NCBI GenBank assembly: GCA_016214655.1
Contig: JACROC010000002.1
Span: 67,801-131,800, forward strand
Direction: 5' to 3'
DNA from: Candidatus Harrisonbacteria bacterium
Lineage (GTDB): Bacteria; Patescibacteriota; Minisyncoccia; UBA6257; 02-FULL-45-10c
Length of the DNA stretch: 64,000 nt
Every line of letters begins with the position of its first letter. The first letter of the stretch is position 1. Shown here in pieces: positions 16,870 through 27,055 of the stretch. A program made the translations under genes and the position numbers. The notes beneath the pieces were generated by a model, which did not search any database, had not been told where the DNA came from, and saw only the letters and a program-made list of their open reading frames with translations.

Positions 16870-18708
16870 TTACTTTTCGCCGTTCAGCGCAACTTTCTGA
16901 GCCTGCAGCTGAACGCGCATCTGGTCAGCCATCGTTTCAACATTCTTCTTGTACGATTCATCGCGATACCGCCTCTCAACCTCAAACTGCTGTTCCAGCG
17001 CAGTCATAATCAGTTCCGCGGTAAGCGGCTGATAGAGCTTTTTGACAAGCTCCGTCCGCTCATCCCAAGATCTAGTCCGGAATGCTGACGGATTAGTAAA
17101 CCACTCTTCTGGAATCTCAAAATCCGACGCTTGAGCAATGGCCACCTGAATGGCATTCTTTACCGGTCTGCCGGTAAATTTCGGATCTCTGGCACGAAGC
17201 TCGGCGCAAAGCTTTCCGATATTCTCCCAAGTACCACCTTTCTTTCCTTTATACATCTTCTGGATTTCCGGAGAAAACAGCGATGCAATCTTATCCGGAG
17301 CCGGCCTGGACATCGGAACGTATTCCCCTTGGGAAACTTCCAAAAGTCCGGTCTTCTTGAAATTCCGAAGCTCATGCGCGACAAGATCAGTGTAATCTTC
17401 CGTACTCTGCGGTCCCTGGATGATAGCGCGATAGACAAACCTCTGCCTGAGCGCATCATCAGTCGCCGTCGGCTTATTCGTCGCCGCCACCGCAATGTAG
17501 TTGCCAATGTAATTGGTGCCGGTACCGGCAAAAAAGTCCATCAAAGCTTTCATGATGTCCATATCCGCGCCGCTGGTTCCAGCCGTATCTCGATTGCCGG
17601 ACAAAAGAAGATCGATGTCATCAACAAAAAGCAAAGTCAGAGTCGCCGGATCCTTAACCACTTCTAGTAACTGAGCAATCAGCTGGGCGGTTTTTCCATA
17701 CCACTCGCTCTTAATCTGATCGGCACTAATGGACTTGAAATTATACGGTGTCGCCATCTGCTCGGCACGCATCGCCAAATGAGTCATCATCATCCGCTGG
17801 CGGATAGTCTTACCGGTACCAGGAGGGCCGTCAACTAAAATTGATTCAATCAGTCCGCCGAAATCCGAAATCGGATTTTTCTGTAACATTGGATCATAGA
17901 GTGCCAACCGGTCGCACAATCTCCGCATCATAATTGTGACATCAGGATCACCGACAACTTCATTCGGCTGAACCGGCGCCCAGCTCATGATTTGGATTTC
18001 CTTACGATCATCAACCTTCAATCCAGTGACCGCAAAACTTCCAAGATGGAAAGTAGTGTGGTTTACCGGAGCCAGCAATTCCGCCGGAGTTTCGTTCACC
18101 GCGGCTACCGCTTTTACGGAAACCGCTTTCCAATAATCCCTGGTAACCGCCAAAAGATCTCCAGTATTTTGAATCAAAGATACGCCGCCGGTCGTTGTGA
18201 CCCTCAAGGCATCGGTGTAATAAGAAAGTGCCCAGGTCAGGTCAATGGAAACTCCTTTGCCGACCACTAATTCGCAATTGTTGGTATCCAGCTGTGCCAC
18301 TTGAGGATTATTCTTTTTCCGAAGCTCTTTTTCGCAGCGGGCCACGATATAGCTCGCCATCACAAAAAAAGAATAGGCGCTGATAAACTTAGCTTTCGTC
18401 TGAATAGCTGGAGTTATGGGAATTCCCTGATTTTTCGCTTCCTCCACAGCTCTGCGCTGTCCGGTGCGATCCATTAAGAGATCAAAGAAATAGAGATAAA
18501 GACAAGTTGCCTGGCGAAGAATGTAAACCAACGCCAGCTCTTCCGGAAGCGTCCGGTATGTCTCTTTAGGAGACAACTGCCTGAAAACATCTTCAATATC
18601 ATCCTTGCCCTTCACGCTCTTTAAATGCTTTTCTGCGATTGAAGTCCATTTCTCCAGATCCGCGTCAGTGATCGGGTGCGACTGTTTGGTCGTCGGCACT
18701 TCAGCCAC
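16870..18708 (-). CDS. AAA+ ATPase (classical clade-like) with a large unknown N-domain
   Basis: Walker A GPPGTGKT, pore loop SEWYG, atypical Walker B LLFVDDID, SRH ATNKPTATDDALRQRF. Confidence 0.88.
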   Translation of the reverse strand: MAEVPTTKQSHPITDADLEKWTSIAEKHLKSVKGKDDIEDVFRQLSPKETYRTLPEELALVYILRQATCLYLYFFDLLMDRTGQRRAVEEAKNQGIPITPAIQTKAKFISAYSFFVMASYIVARCEKELRKKNNPQVAQLDTNNCELVVGKGVSIDLTWALSYYTDALRVTTTGGVSLIQNTGDLLAVTRDYWKAVSVKAVAAVNETPAELLAPVNHTTFHLGSFAVTGLKVDDRKEIQIMSWAPVQPNEVVGDPDVTIMMRRLCDRLALYDPMLQKNPISDFGGLIESILVDGPPGTGKTIRQRMMMTHLAMRAEQMATPYNFKSISADQIKSEWYGKTAQLIAQLLEVVKDPATLTLLFVDDIDLLLSGNRDTAGTSGADMDIMKALMDFFAGTGTNYIGNYIAVAATNKPTATDDALRQRFVYRAIIQGPQSTEDYTDLVAHELRNFKKTGLLEVSQGEYVPMSRPAPDKIASLFSPEIQKMYKGKKGGTWENIGKLCAELRARDPKFTGRPVKNAIQVAIAQASDFEIPEEWFTNPSAFRTRSWDERTELVKKLYQPLTAELIMTALEQQFEVERRYRDESYKKNVETMADQMRVQLQAQKVALNGEK

Positions 18709-18779
18709 CTCCTCTTTGCACGGCCTTTCTAAAAAAGAGGGGGGATTTTACTCCCCCCGTCCGGCAGATATCGGACAAA

Positions 18780-19373
18780 TTAATGCCCCCGGAGGTGATC
18801 ATCCAGCCTTCGAAGACGCTCTGTCTTATCCGCCTGACTTTTGGCATCGGCTTCCTTGCGCCGATTCTCCAAACCCTGGCGGACGCCGTTCACCAGCGAA
18901 CCGACTCCATCAGCCAAACCCTTCACGATATTCTTCAGCCAAGTGGAATCATCCACGGGCGGAGTCTCTTGCTCCACCGGTGCTGGCGGCTGCTGAGAAA
19001 CCACTGGCGGAACGTTCTCTGGCAAAGCCGGAGGCGTTCCCGAAGATTCTGGACGCCAATCGCTTTGCGGCTCCACCAGCATCATCGCCAAGCGGTCAAC
19101 CAAGAAAAGGCCGAGAGTCAGTCCGACCGCCTGAAATGGCGAAAGCGCCAGCTCGGCGTAAAGCCGGGCTCCGACTCCCCAATGAAAACTGGTCGCCACC
19201 TCGAAAACCAGGGCAACAAGATAATAACCGATCCAGTGCATCTTGGTGCCGAGGATCAGCGGACCGAAACGCAAAAGCGTTCTCCGCTTGCCGTAATAAT
19301 AGCAGACGGTCACCGTCAAAACTGCCAAAGTCACGCCAATAAAAAAGTGCGTCATTACTTCCTGCAGGAACAT
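18780..19373 (-). CDS. Three-TM membrane protein with Pro-rich linker and C-terminal coiled coil
   Basis: Hydrophobic N-half, PPALPENVPP linker. AGGAGGT SD before ATG 19373. Upstream of the AAA gene. Confidence 0.75.
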   Translation of the reverse strand: MFLQEVMTHFFIGVTLAVLTVTVCYYYGKRRTLLRFGPLILGTKMHWIGYYLVALVFEVATSFHWGVGARLYAELALSPFQAVGLTLGLFLVDRLAMMLVEPQSDWRPESSGTPPALPENVPPVVSQQPPAPVEQETPPVDDSTWLKNIVKGLADGVGSLVNGVRQGLENRRKEADAKSQADKTERLRRLDDHLRGH

Positions 19374-19430
19374 CGCCACCTCCTTGCAGCTGAACAGCTG
19401 TTGTCATTCATGTTGTGTAGAACTGACTAT

Positions 19431-19499
19431 ATGATAGTACAAAAAAATAAACTTGTCAATATAGCATACTTGACAAAATAGTTTCAGAAATGTTAGTAT
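19431..19499. promoter_or_regulatory. Back-to-back sigma70 promoters
   Basis: Minus strand TTGACA(19459)-17-TATCAT. Plus strand TTGACA(19470)-18-TAGTAT. Confidence 0.65.
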
Positions 19500-19579
19500 A
19501 TCTTCAGCACTAAACAACACGAAGACAACGACGTTTAGTATTAGCTAAGCCGCAGTTTCACACTGCGGCAGGAGGCAAA

Positions 19580-20749
19580 ATGGGAAAGACAACGGACACG
19601 CTTCTAGATGGACTGAAAGAGAGGCGCGGCCAATTAGGGAAGCTTCAGACTGGCGTCACTACAATCACTGGCCTGGACGAATTGGATGTTACTAAAGAAG
19701 GCGGGGCCAAGACTACTGCGCAGGTTCTAAAAGGGGCTAGCAGCAAGCTAGCCGAGGCCAAGGTCTTTGGCGACCGTATGGAGCAGGAGCTCCGCGATCT
19801 CTGTATGGGGCTTGAGACCAAGCTTGAGGAAATCGGATATTCAGTTTCCGATTCTTACCGCTTCCGTGGCACAGAAAAGGTTTGGGCGTTTTTCGGTGGC
19901 CTAGGACTAAAGTCCTGCACTGATCGCGCTCAACGCCTCCGCCTGCATCGGCTCCAGACTCAGGATGTCCAAGAGAGCGTTAAGGAAGTCAATGATCTGG
20001 TGGAAAAGACTATCCGCGAACTTGGAGAGATCGAAAAGCAGTATCTCGCCGATATCGGTGATGTGAAAGCCGGCACTGGCTACAACGCCACTCTGCGTTT
20101 GGTCATCGAAAAGCTAAAGGAGGCTCAGCCAAAATTCCGCGAAGTCAAAGAACGACGGGAGAAGTTTGAAACCGAACTGAAGACCCTTCAGATGGAACTT
20201 GAGTCCGGAACTGTTTCCGAAAGCGAGCGTCCGGCCAAAGAAGACGAACTGGAGGAACTCCGAAAGAACCATCAGAAGGCTTATCTCCTTGAAACCGAAT
20301 TACATGAGGTTATCCAGAACGCCCAACGGGCAATTCCGGAGATTCAGAAGAACCGCGATGCTGCACAGCAAGCAGTCCAGTCTCTACGACAGATGCGCCG
20401 AGGCCTCCTCGAGAAGATGGAGAACTTCCGCATCGTGCTGGAAACGGCGATGACTGCGGTCCGGGCTCGCGCGAAACTCGAGCGTTACGAGAACGTTGAT
20501 CCAGCCCTGAACAAGACCATTACACTGCTCAGCGAGCATAACGTGAAGGTGGCGGCCGCAGCGATGGAGATTGCCATCGAACGAGCCAAACATGCGGCCA
20601 TCAATCCGGAAGATTCCGCCAGATTACTCAATGAACTCACCGAAAGCATCAATACCTACGCTACCGAACTAGCCGCACTGGAAGAGGACGCCAAGCAAGG
20701 CGCCAGGAAGAAACGAGGCACTTCGCAAGCTAACGGAGACGGCAACTAA
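19580..20749 (+). CDS. Long coiled-coil hypothetical protein
   Basis: E/K/L/A-rich heptads throughout, one amphipathic segment (EKVWAFFGGLG), AGGAGG SD. Confidence 0.8.
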   Translation: MGKTTDTLLDGLKERRGQLGKLQTGVTTITGLDELDVTKEGGAKTTAQVLKGASSKLAEAKVFGDRMEQELRDLCMGLETKLEEIGYSVSDSYRFRGTEKVWAFFGGLGLKSCTDRAQRLRLHRLQTQDVQESVKEVNDLVEKTIRELGEIEKQYLADIGDVKAGTGYNATLRLVIEKLKEAQPKFREVKERREKFETELKTLQMELESGTVSESERPAKEDELEELRKNHQKAYLLETELHEVIQNAQRAIPEIQKNRDAAQQAVQSLRQMRRGLLEKMENFRIVLETAMTAVRARAKLERYENVDPALNKTITLLSEHNVKVAAAAMEIAIERAKHAAINPEDSARLLNELTESINTYATELAALEEDAKQGARKKRGTSQANGDGN

Positions 20750-20756
20750 AATTATC

Positions 20757-20850
20757 AAGCCGCACCAACGGGGTGCGGCTTTACTTTTTAAAATTTTCTA
20801 CTAAAAAAGCTCTCTTTCGAGAGCTTTCTAATTTTTATAAAGAACAAATA
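20757..20850. terminator. Paired terminators; the second is copy B of the ~45-bp repeat
   Basis: AAGCCGCACC...GGTGCGGCTT and AAAGCTCTC-TTTC-GAGAGCTTT. Confidence 0.7.
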
Positions 20851-20851
20851 A

Positions 20852-22888
20852 TCACCAGCTGCCGGAGGCGCCGCCTCCGCCAAAACTTCCGCCACCAAAT
20901 CCTCCGAAACTGGAACCGCCACCACTAGATCCACTACTTGAACCGCCGCTAGAGCCAAAACTCGAACCGGATGACCAACTGGAACCGGACGAATATCCGG
21001 AAGAATAACTGCTTTCTCTTGCTCGCTCCTCTTCTTCCTCTTCCTCGCGTTGGCGTCGCGCTTCTTCCGCTCTGCGTCGACGAGCTGCATCTTTATCTGA
21101 CTCTGCTCTTTTAACAACATCTGCAATTAAAGATTCAAGCCCAAGTAAAACCGGATAGACAACAACCCAATCAATTGGAGTACGTTCAGTCATCTTCTGG
21201 ACCTTCTGGTATTCCTTTTTTACATCCCCAACCATAGATTTGGTATTTCGGGTTACGTCATTATGCGAAACAATCCTCTCTAACCGAGTAATGCTTTCAG
21301 GATAGTTTCTGATTAACTTCGGGCCCTCTCTGCGAGCTTCAGCCGCATAAGCGATTTCTTTCTCGCCAGCGTCGTTTACACTATTCATAAATCTCTCGGC
21401 GGCAATCAGAGCTGCTAAAGCTGTAACCCAGTTTAAGCCATTCCCCATCTCATTTTGGCAAGCAGACCTTGCCCGTTCATAGTCCTGCTCACCTTCCCCA
21501 GCCTTCTTCCGAGTCATATCAGAAACATCCTCGTGATCAACTGTCTTTTGCATCGCATCCAAAACATCCGGAAGGCTCTTCAATAACGCCCTGCCTTTTA
21601 CCGCAGAGGCAATTTCTTTTTCAGCCGCTTCCGTAATGTTACGCAAGGCAACCTCAACTGCGACTAATGCCGTCGCGGCCTTCAACCAATTCAGCTTGTT
21701 GACAGATTCATTTTGACAACGAAACCGCGTTTTTTCATAATCTGCTTCTGATTTCTTAAGTAACTCACGAGTCTCGGATGAAACATCTTGATGGTTAAGT
21801 TTATTACGAAGCGCTCCAGCTTGGCGCGGCAAATCTTCTAATAGATGTTGCGCGTCTTTCTGGGCCTTACGAACTTTCGCTACATCGCTTTTCACTGACC
21901 CCAAAAGCTTAATCGCAGCATGTAAATCAGCGGAAACCCCCTCAACTTTAGTCTTAATAGTATCAGCATCTTCATAACTGCCATTGGAATGTTCAGACTT
22001 GATTTTATCTCCGCGCTTTTGAAAAGCCATCAAACTATCATGCACACCGGCGATTCTTTGAACTAACGGGTCCCAAACCTCTTGCGGGTGCTCTGACTTA
22101 AATGCACCAAGTAAAACTTCTGTCTCCGACTGATCTGATCTCAAACGTTCGATTTCACTTTCACATTTTTCCAAAAGCTTAACATTTTTCTGATACTGCT
22201 CCTTTAACCGCCTCTGGCGGCGATATCGGGCGATAGCTATAAACCCAACCAGCAAAACTCCGGCCAGTACGGTAACCACAATAAAAGTGTACTTTACAAC
22301 AAAAGCACGGTGCTCTTGGGCCAGCCTTTCCTCGCGGAGCCTTTTAGCTTCGGTAGCGGCCAGCTCTTCCTCGCGGACAGCCATCGGCTTATTGCCAAGC
22401 TCGCGGATCATAGCCCCAACTCCAGCGGTGATTCCCTCAGACATCTTCCCTTGCTTGAAGCGAGGAACCAATTCATCATTAATAATCCTTGCAGACAAAG
22501 CATCTGGCAGCCATTCTTCCATTCCATAACCGGTATGGATGCGCATACGCCGCTCATTCGGCGCAATTAATAACAATAATCCAGTATTCTTCATTGCACT
22601 GTGTTTCCAGGCCTTGCCAATTCCCCAGCCAGGCAAAGAAACCAATTCCTGCGCAAACTCTTCTACCTCCAATCCCTGAAGAGAACCGACTGTGACGACT
22701 GCTATCTCAATAGCAGTCTGCTTTTCATAATCGCTAAGCCGCTTTTCTAAATCCTTTTCAGCGGATTCCGGAATAACATTGGCAAAATCATTGACATAAC
22801 CTGCCGGCTTAGGCACATCGATTGACAAAGCCGAAACAAAATTAACAAAACCGATTAAAGCACCTGCTGCTAGCGCAACCCGCTTCAT
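20852..22888 (-). CDS. TPM-domain (YgcG-like) membrane protein with a long helical-repeat extension
   Basis: YVNDFANVI, EIAVVTV, WGIGK, NTGLLLLIA, RIHTGYGME motifs. TM segment. Gly/Ser tail ending FGGGSFGGGGASGSW. Confidence 0.9.
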   Translation of the reverse strand: MKRVALAAGALIGFVNFVSALSIDVPKPAGYVNDFANVIPESAEKDLEKRLSDYEKQTAIEIAVVTVGSLQGLEVEEFAQELVSLPGWGIGKAWKHSAMKNTGLLLLIAPNERRMRIHTGYGMEEWLPDALSARIINDELVPRFKQGKMSEGITAGVGAMIRELGNKPMAVREEELAATEAKRLREERLAQEHRAFVVKYTFIVVTVLAGVLLVGFIAIARYRRQRRLKEQYQKNVKLLEKCESEIERLRSDQSETEVLLGAFKSEHPQEVWDPLVQRIAGVHDSLMAFQKRGDKIKSEHSNGSYEDADTIKTKVEGVSADLHAAIKLLGSVKSDVAKVRKAQKDAQHLLEDLPRQAGALRNKLNHQDVSSETRELLKKSEADYEKTRFRCQNESVNKLNWLKAATALVAVEVALRNITEAAEKEIASAVKGRALLKSLPDVLDAMQKTVDHEDVSDMTRKKAGEGEQDYERARSACQNEMGNGLNWVTALAALIAAERFMNSVNDAGEKEIAYAAEARREGPKLIRNYPESITRLERIVSHNDVTRNTKSMVGDVKKEYQKVQKMTERTPIDWVVVYPVLLGLESLIADVVKRAESDKDAARRRRAEEARRQREEEEEEERARESSYSSGYSSGSSWSSGSSFGSSGGSSSGSSGGGSSFGGFGGGSFGGGGASGSW

Positions 22889-23370
22889 TGGCCGCCCCCA
22901 AGAATCACATCGTCCGGGAGCTCGTTTATATCATCTGATTTTCTCGGAAAATGCTCCGCGAGCTCATGGCCAACACGGTTCACGGCTAAAAGCACGCCTT
23001 CGGCAAATAAACCATCTCGGAAATACTGTGCCATGTCGGCTGATAACTTCTGCCACTCCTCGGGAACAATCTTGGCATTAATTCCTTCATCTGCCACGAT
23101 TTCGAACTTCCGCTCTCTCAGCGCTAAAAGAATAAGTACGCCAGTCTTATCGCGAGTATTCTGCATGCCGGCTCTTTCAAACTCCATTAAAGCCTGAATC
23201 CGGGAATCCAGATAGTCGCACTTTTGAAGAACCACTACCCGGATCTCTCCGGAAGTTTTCTTTTCCGCTTCGCCAACAGCTTCCTTAATCCGTGCCAATG
23301 CCTCTTCAGAAAAAAAGTCAGACGGTTTGTCTGACTCTAATCTTAAAAGACGCCGCAAAGAATTAAGCAT
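22885..23370 (-). CDS. TPM-domain protein
   Basis: AEKKTSGEIRV, TRDKTGVLI, ADEGI and NELPD motifs. Confidence 0.9.
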   Translation of the reverse strand: MLNSLRRLLRLESDKPSDFFSEEALARIKEAVGEAEKKTSGEIRVVVLQKCDYLDSRIQALMEFERAGMQNTRDKTGVLILLALRERKFEIVADEGINAKIVPEEWQKLSADMAQYFRDGLFAEGVLLAVNRVGHELAEHFPRKSDDINELPDDVILGGGQ

Positions 23371-23981
23371 TATAAATCAACCTTCGGAGCCTTCTTCGCT
23401 TCCTCGTCCATCTTGAAATAAGGCTTCACTTTAAATCCAAAAACAAATCCGACAGCATTGGCTGGAAACTGCTTCCGGAAGGTATTATATTCCTGAGCGC
23501 TATCGTTGTAATTCTTTCTCTCCACCGCAATTCGATTCTCAGTTCCCTCAAGCTGAACCATCAGGCTCTCAATTTGGGTATTGGCCTTAAGTTCCGGATA
23601 CTTCTCCATAACCACCATCAAGCGAGAAAGCGCGCTAGAAAGCTGGCCCTGAACCTCCTGAAACTTAGCAAGATTTTCCGGAGTCAGATCTCCAGCGTTA
23701 AGATCAAGCTTCACCTTACCAGCATCGGACCGCGCCTTAGCAACATCCTCAAAAGTACCGTGCTCGTGTTTCATGTAGCCCTTTATAGCATTCACTAAAT
23801 TCGGAATAAGGTCGTAGCGGCGCTGATATACGTTCTCAACCTGAGACCACTTGGCATCAACATTTTGATCAAGTGTAGCATACTTATTAAAAGTAACCAC
23901 AATCGATGGCGCCATCACGACGCCAACTCCGGCTATAACAAGTAACATCGCAACAACGACTCCTGCTACCAGCTTCTTCAC
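23370..23981 (-). CDS. lemA: LemA family protein
   Basis: WSQVENVYQRRYDLIPNLV, EKYPELKAN, LEGTENRIAVERKNYN and FPAN motifs. Confidence 0.95.
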   Translation of the reverse strand: MKKLVAGVVVAMLLVIAGVGVVMAPSIVVTFNKYATLDQNVDAKWSQVENVYQRRYDLIPNLVNAIKGYMKHEHGTFEDVAKARSDAGKVKLDLNAGDLTPENLAKFQEVQGQLSSALSRLMVVMEKYPELKANTQIESLMVQLEGTENRIAVERKNYNDSAQEYNTFRKQFPANAVGFVFGFKVKPYFKMDEEAKKAPKVDL

Positions 23982-24167
23982 TCAGCACCTCCTGATTACT
24001 GCTTTTTCTTGATGTCATTCTTTCCCCGGCTAAAAAACCGAGGTCCCGATTGTTGTTTTCGGGATTCCTTATCAAGGTACGTCAGTAGAAATAATAACAT
24101 GAAACTTGCATACTTGTCAAAATCAAAAATCCCCGTATTAACGGGGATTTTTGGAAAGCATCTATAA

Positions 24168-25046
24168 CTAGAAAGCTAAATCTCCGCAAGCAACATAAAC
24201 CCCCGCCTCGGCTGCGGATTTATGGACATTTAAAACCAACGGCAATTGCGCCCTCAGCTGATCAAAGGATATGTCCAGAGTGGTTTCTGATTTTCCGTTA
24301 ACCGGAAAAGTTAACGGCCATTTTACTCCGCCAATCGAAGCACAGGCGCCAGAATGAATATGTGCCGGCTGAGTAACGCCTTTCGGCGCCCCTTCCAATC
24401 TTAATTTAACTTCTGTCTTACCGCCTCTCTCGCTTAAAACCGCAGTTCCGGATTCCCCGGAATTATTCTGAACCGATAATGACACAACTATTGTTTTGAC
24501 AACCTCTCCCCGGCCAAGCGCCTTTTGAGAAGCTTCTAGCGCCCGTTCCAATCCTTCCTTGGCCTGTTCCGGGACTTTTGCCAGATTTTCTTGGAGAACT
24601 TCCAATTGTTTTTTAGTGGTTGAAGCCGCTTCTTCGGCCAATTTCTTGATATCCTGGCCTTTATCTTTTAGTTCTTCCGCCTTCTTCAAAGCTCTGCCTA
24701 ATTGATCTTCGTATTTTTGAAGCGTTCTTTCGGCAATTTCGGTTTTGCCTTTTTCCACCATCCTTTGATATTCCGCCAATCTCACTCCGGCTAAATGAAG
24801 GTATTGCTTGGCCTTATTTTCGGCTCCAAAAGTGAAAAAAAGCTGAATCTGCTCCTTCCAGGACTTCAAGAAATATAAAGGGCTGTCCGGAGTCAATCCG
24901 GCCTCCGGAAGACTAAACTTATCTACGCCTGCCATAGCGCTTTTTTCTTCTTGGCCATGCGACAAACTCATGCCCAGACTAAAAACCAACAAACTAACCG
25001 CTAAATAGAACAGTATTTTTCTATTAATAGAAATAGATAATTGCAT
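24168..25046 (-). CDS. Secreted protein: DUF5667-like helical domain plus CHRD-like C-terminal domain
   Basis: Signal peptide. GLTPDSPLYFLKSWKEQIQ (DUF5667-like). QPAHIHSGAC...LNVH...ACGD C-terminal domain. Confidence 0.7.
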   Translation of the reverse strand: MQLSISINRKILFYLAVSLLVFSLGMSLSHGQEEKSAMAGVDKFSLPEAGLTPDSPLYFLKSWKEQIQLFFTFGAENKAKQYLHLAGVRLAEYQRMVEKGKTEIAERTLQKYEDQLGRALKKAEELKDKGQDIKKLAEEAASTTKKQLEVLQENLAKVPEQAKEGLERALEASQKALGRGEVVKTIVVSLSVQNNSGESGTAVLSERGGKTEVKLRLEGAPKGVTQPAHIHSGACASIGGVKWPLTFPVNGKSETTLDISFDQLRAQLPLVLNVHKSAAEAGVYVACGDLAF

Positions 25047-25084
25047 ATTTTATATTTTAATTATTATAAATTCATTATAGCATA

Positions 25085-26257
25085 TTATAAATCCAGCAGG
25101 GATTTTATATTTTCAAAAATATCGTAAGAAGTCAGAATATACGCCTCGTCCCATTTAGATTCAGTCTTATCGCCGCTGGCGCCGTGAGTGACTATCCCGA
25201 TTAAATTACCTTTATAAAATGCCGGGCCGCCGGAAAACCCTCCCCTAAAATACGGAGTGATTACGCCAAGTTCGGTGTCTTTCCAAAAATCCGGCTCGTA
25301 ATAATAAGGGTTGCGCTTAATAGAATATCTTAAGCCGCACGGCTTAATAGAACCGTCGCAAACCGATTCCCGATAATAAGTTATTTCTACAAACTGGCTG
25401 TCAAATCTTTCCAATTTTTGAGGGCTAGCGCTCTCTCTTCCCGGATAACCAATAATAGTAATCAAATCTCCGCCTTTTAAAACAACCGGCTTAGGCAGCA
25501 ATTTGAACGCAGGCAATCCGCTTGCGCCTTCAATCTTCAAAATGGCGTAATCAAAACCGGCGCTATCGCGATAATCTTCATCTGTGGGCTTAAAAATTAT
25601 TTTAACCGGCTTAAAACGAGAGTCGCTTTGTTGTCCCCAAAAGCCAATAGAAGAAATTGGGGTCCGATCTTTGTCAGTTTGCGCAGCATCGCATCCCTGA
25701 AGAGTCCAGATTCTTCCGGCCGGATCGTTCAGTATTTCTGCGCGCACTTCTAAAATATGCCTGGCAGTCAAAATGTGGCCATCAGGCGTGATAATAACTC
25801 CGGTTCCGACATTATATTCCTGCTCGCCCCACGGCTGGCGCGAATCCTTAAAATACTGGGTCTGAAATGAACAACGGGTCAAAACAATACTGCGGACGTC
25901 GATGCTTTTTTCGCTTAAAGATTCCGGAACGATCAAAGGGGCCGGAGTCGCCGTACTCACCCGGACCAAAGGCAAAGCCGGCTTAGAATCAGTTGGCAGA
26001 ATAATCTTCGTGAGCAGCGGCTTACTCAATGGCTTAGTCGCAGTTGCCGCTTGATTATGCGGGATTGTTGTCGTTGAAACCGATACCGGAATCGCAATCA
26101 ACGCTTCAGCAGTAGTAGTGCCGACCTCCGTAACCGGGGCAGTAGACGTAGAAAATTCCGCAGGCCGAAAAGTATTATTTCTGAAATATAGGCCAACAAT
26201 AGCCAGAGTTGATGCAATAATAAACGATACGGTCAATTTAAATAAAGAACCCATCAT
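25085..26257 (-). CDS. Membrane-anchored trypsin-like serine protease
   Basis: GTGVII...ILTARH, DYAILK, IIGYP and GFSGGP catalytic-triad motifs. Thr/Pro linker. Confidence 0.85.
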   Translation of the reverse strand: MMGSLFKLTVSFIIASTLAIVGLYFRNNTFRPAEFSTSTAPVTEVGTTTAEALIAIPVSVSTTTIPHNQAATATKPLSKPLLTKIILPTDSKPALPLVRVSTATPAPLIVPESLSEKSIDVRSIVLTRCSFQTQYFKDSRQPWGEQEYNVGTGVIITPDGHILTARHILEVRAEILNDPAGRIWTLQGCDAAQTDKDRTPISSIGFWGQQSDSRFKPVKIIFKPTDEDYRDSAGFDYAILKIEGASGLPAFKLLPKPVVLKGGDLITIIGYPGRESASPQKLERFDSQFVEITYYRESVCDGSIKPCGLRYSIKRNPYYYEPDFWKDTELGVITPYFRGGFSGGPAFYKGNLIGIVTHGASGDKTESKWDEAYILTSYDIFENIKSLLDL

Positions 26258-27051
26258 AAAACCATTTTAAATTCATTAGAAACTTGCGCTTCTAAAAATA
26301 AGAATAAAGGAAACTCTGATCTAGCTCGGTTTTCGGCTGCTGCCCGCGGCCCCGGCTCACTTTTTTTATTGGAAACCCACTCTTCAAGCCGGCAAACTGA
26401 AAAATTATTTTTATTCAAAGCCTTAAAATAAAACTGCAGCGGGCGGTGAAAAGATAGCGTATATTCATTTGCCTGCTCGCCCGGATGCATTTGAATTTTA
26501 ACTTTTGATTCCGATAAGTAACTATCAATTCTCCGGAATTGAATTTTATTCTCTGCGTCCCAGCCCCAGCTGCTCTCCTTCGGATTCCGGAAAGCCGGGT
26601 GGTTCATTACCAAAAATATTTTTCCTCCCGACTTCAACACGCGGGCGCACTCTTTAAAAACACCGTTAACATTTTCCATATTTTGGATTGCCAAAACCAG
26701 CGTAATCTTATCCGCAGATTTACCGGAAAGAAAATCCAAATCGTCTGCCGGCGCAACACGGAACTGAAGCCCGGCTTTATCTTTGCCGCTGATTCCCTTA
26801 TTTGCCAAATCAATCAGCTCTTTTGCAATATCCGCGCCAATTACTTTAGCGCCTTTTTTCGAAAATTCTTTGGCAAAGAATCCCTGCCCGCATGCAAGAT
26901 CCAAAATCACTTCTCCTTTTTTAATATCCAAAAGCCGCAGCAAATTCGGCAGAATAACATTTTTTTGATATATCCCCTCTCCGCCTAATAAATTTTCATA
27001 CCAATCTGCCACACCTCCCCAAGAAGTATTTTTCTTGTTCATCCCACGCAT
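26254..27051 (-). CDS. Class I SAM-dependent methyltransferase
   Basis: ILDLACGQG, GADIA, RVLKSGG and FHRPL motifs. Confidence 0.88.
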   Translation of the reverse strand: MRGMNKKNTSWGGVADWYENLLGGEGIYQKNVILPNLLRLLDIKKGEVILDLACGQGFFAKEFSKKGAKVIGADIAKELIDLANKGISGKDKAGLQFRVAPADDLDFLSGKSADKITLVLAIQNMENVNGVFKECARVLKSGGKIFLVMNHPAFRNPKESSWGWDAENKIQFRRIDSYLSESKVKIQMHPGEQANEYTLSFHRPLQFYFKALNKNNFSVCRLEEWVSNKKSEPGPRAAAENRARSEFPLFLFLEAQVSNEFKMVL

Positions 27052-27055
27052 AAAA

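Noticed and set aside
18605-19481. Long plus-strand ORFs (245 aa and 232 aa)
   Set aside because: Antisense shadows of the SD-led membrane gene in a GC-richer region.
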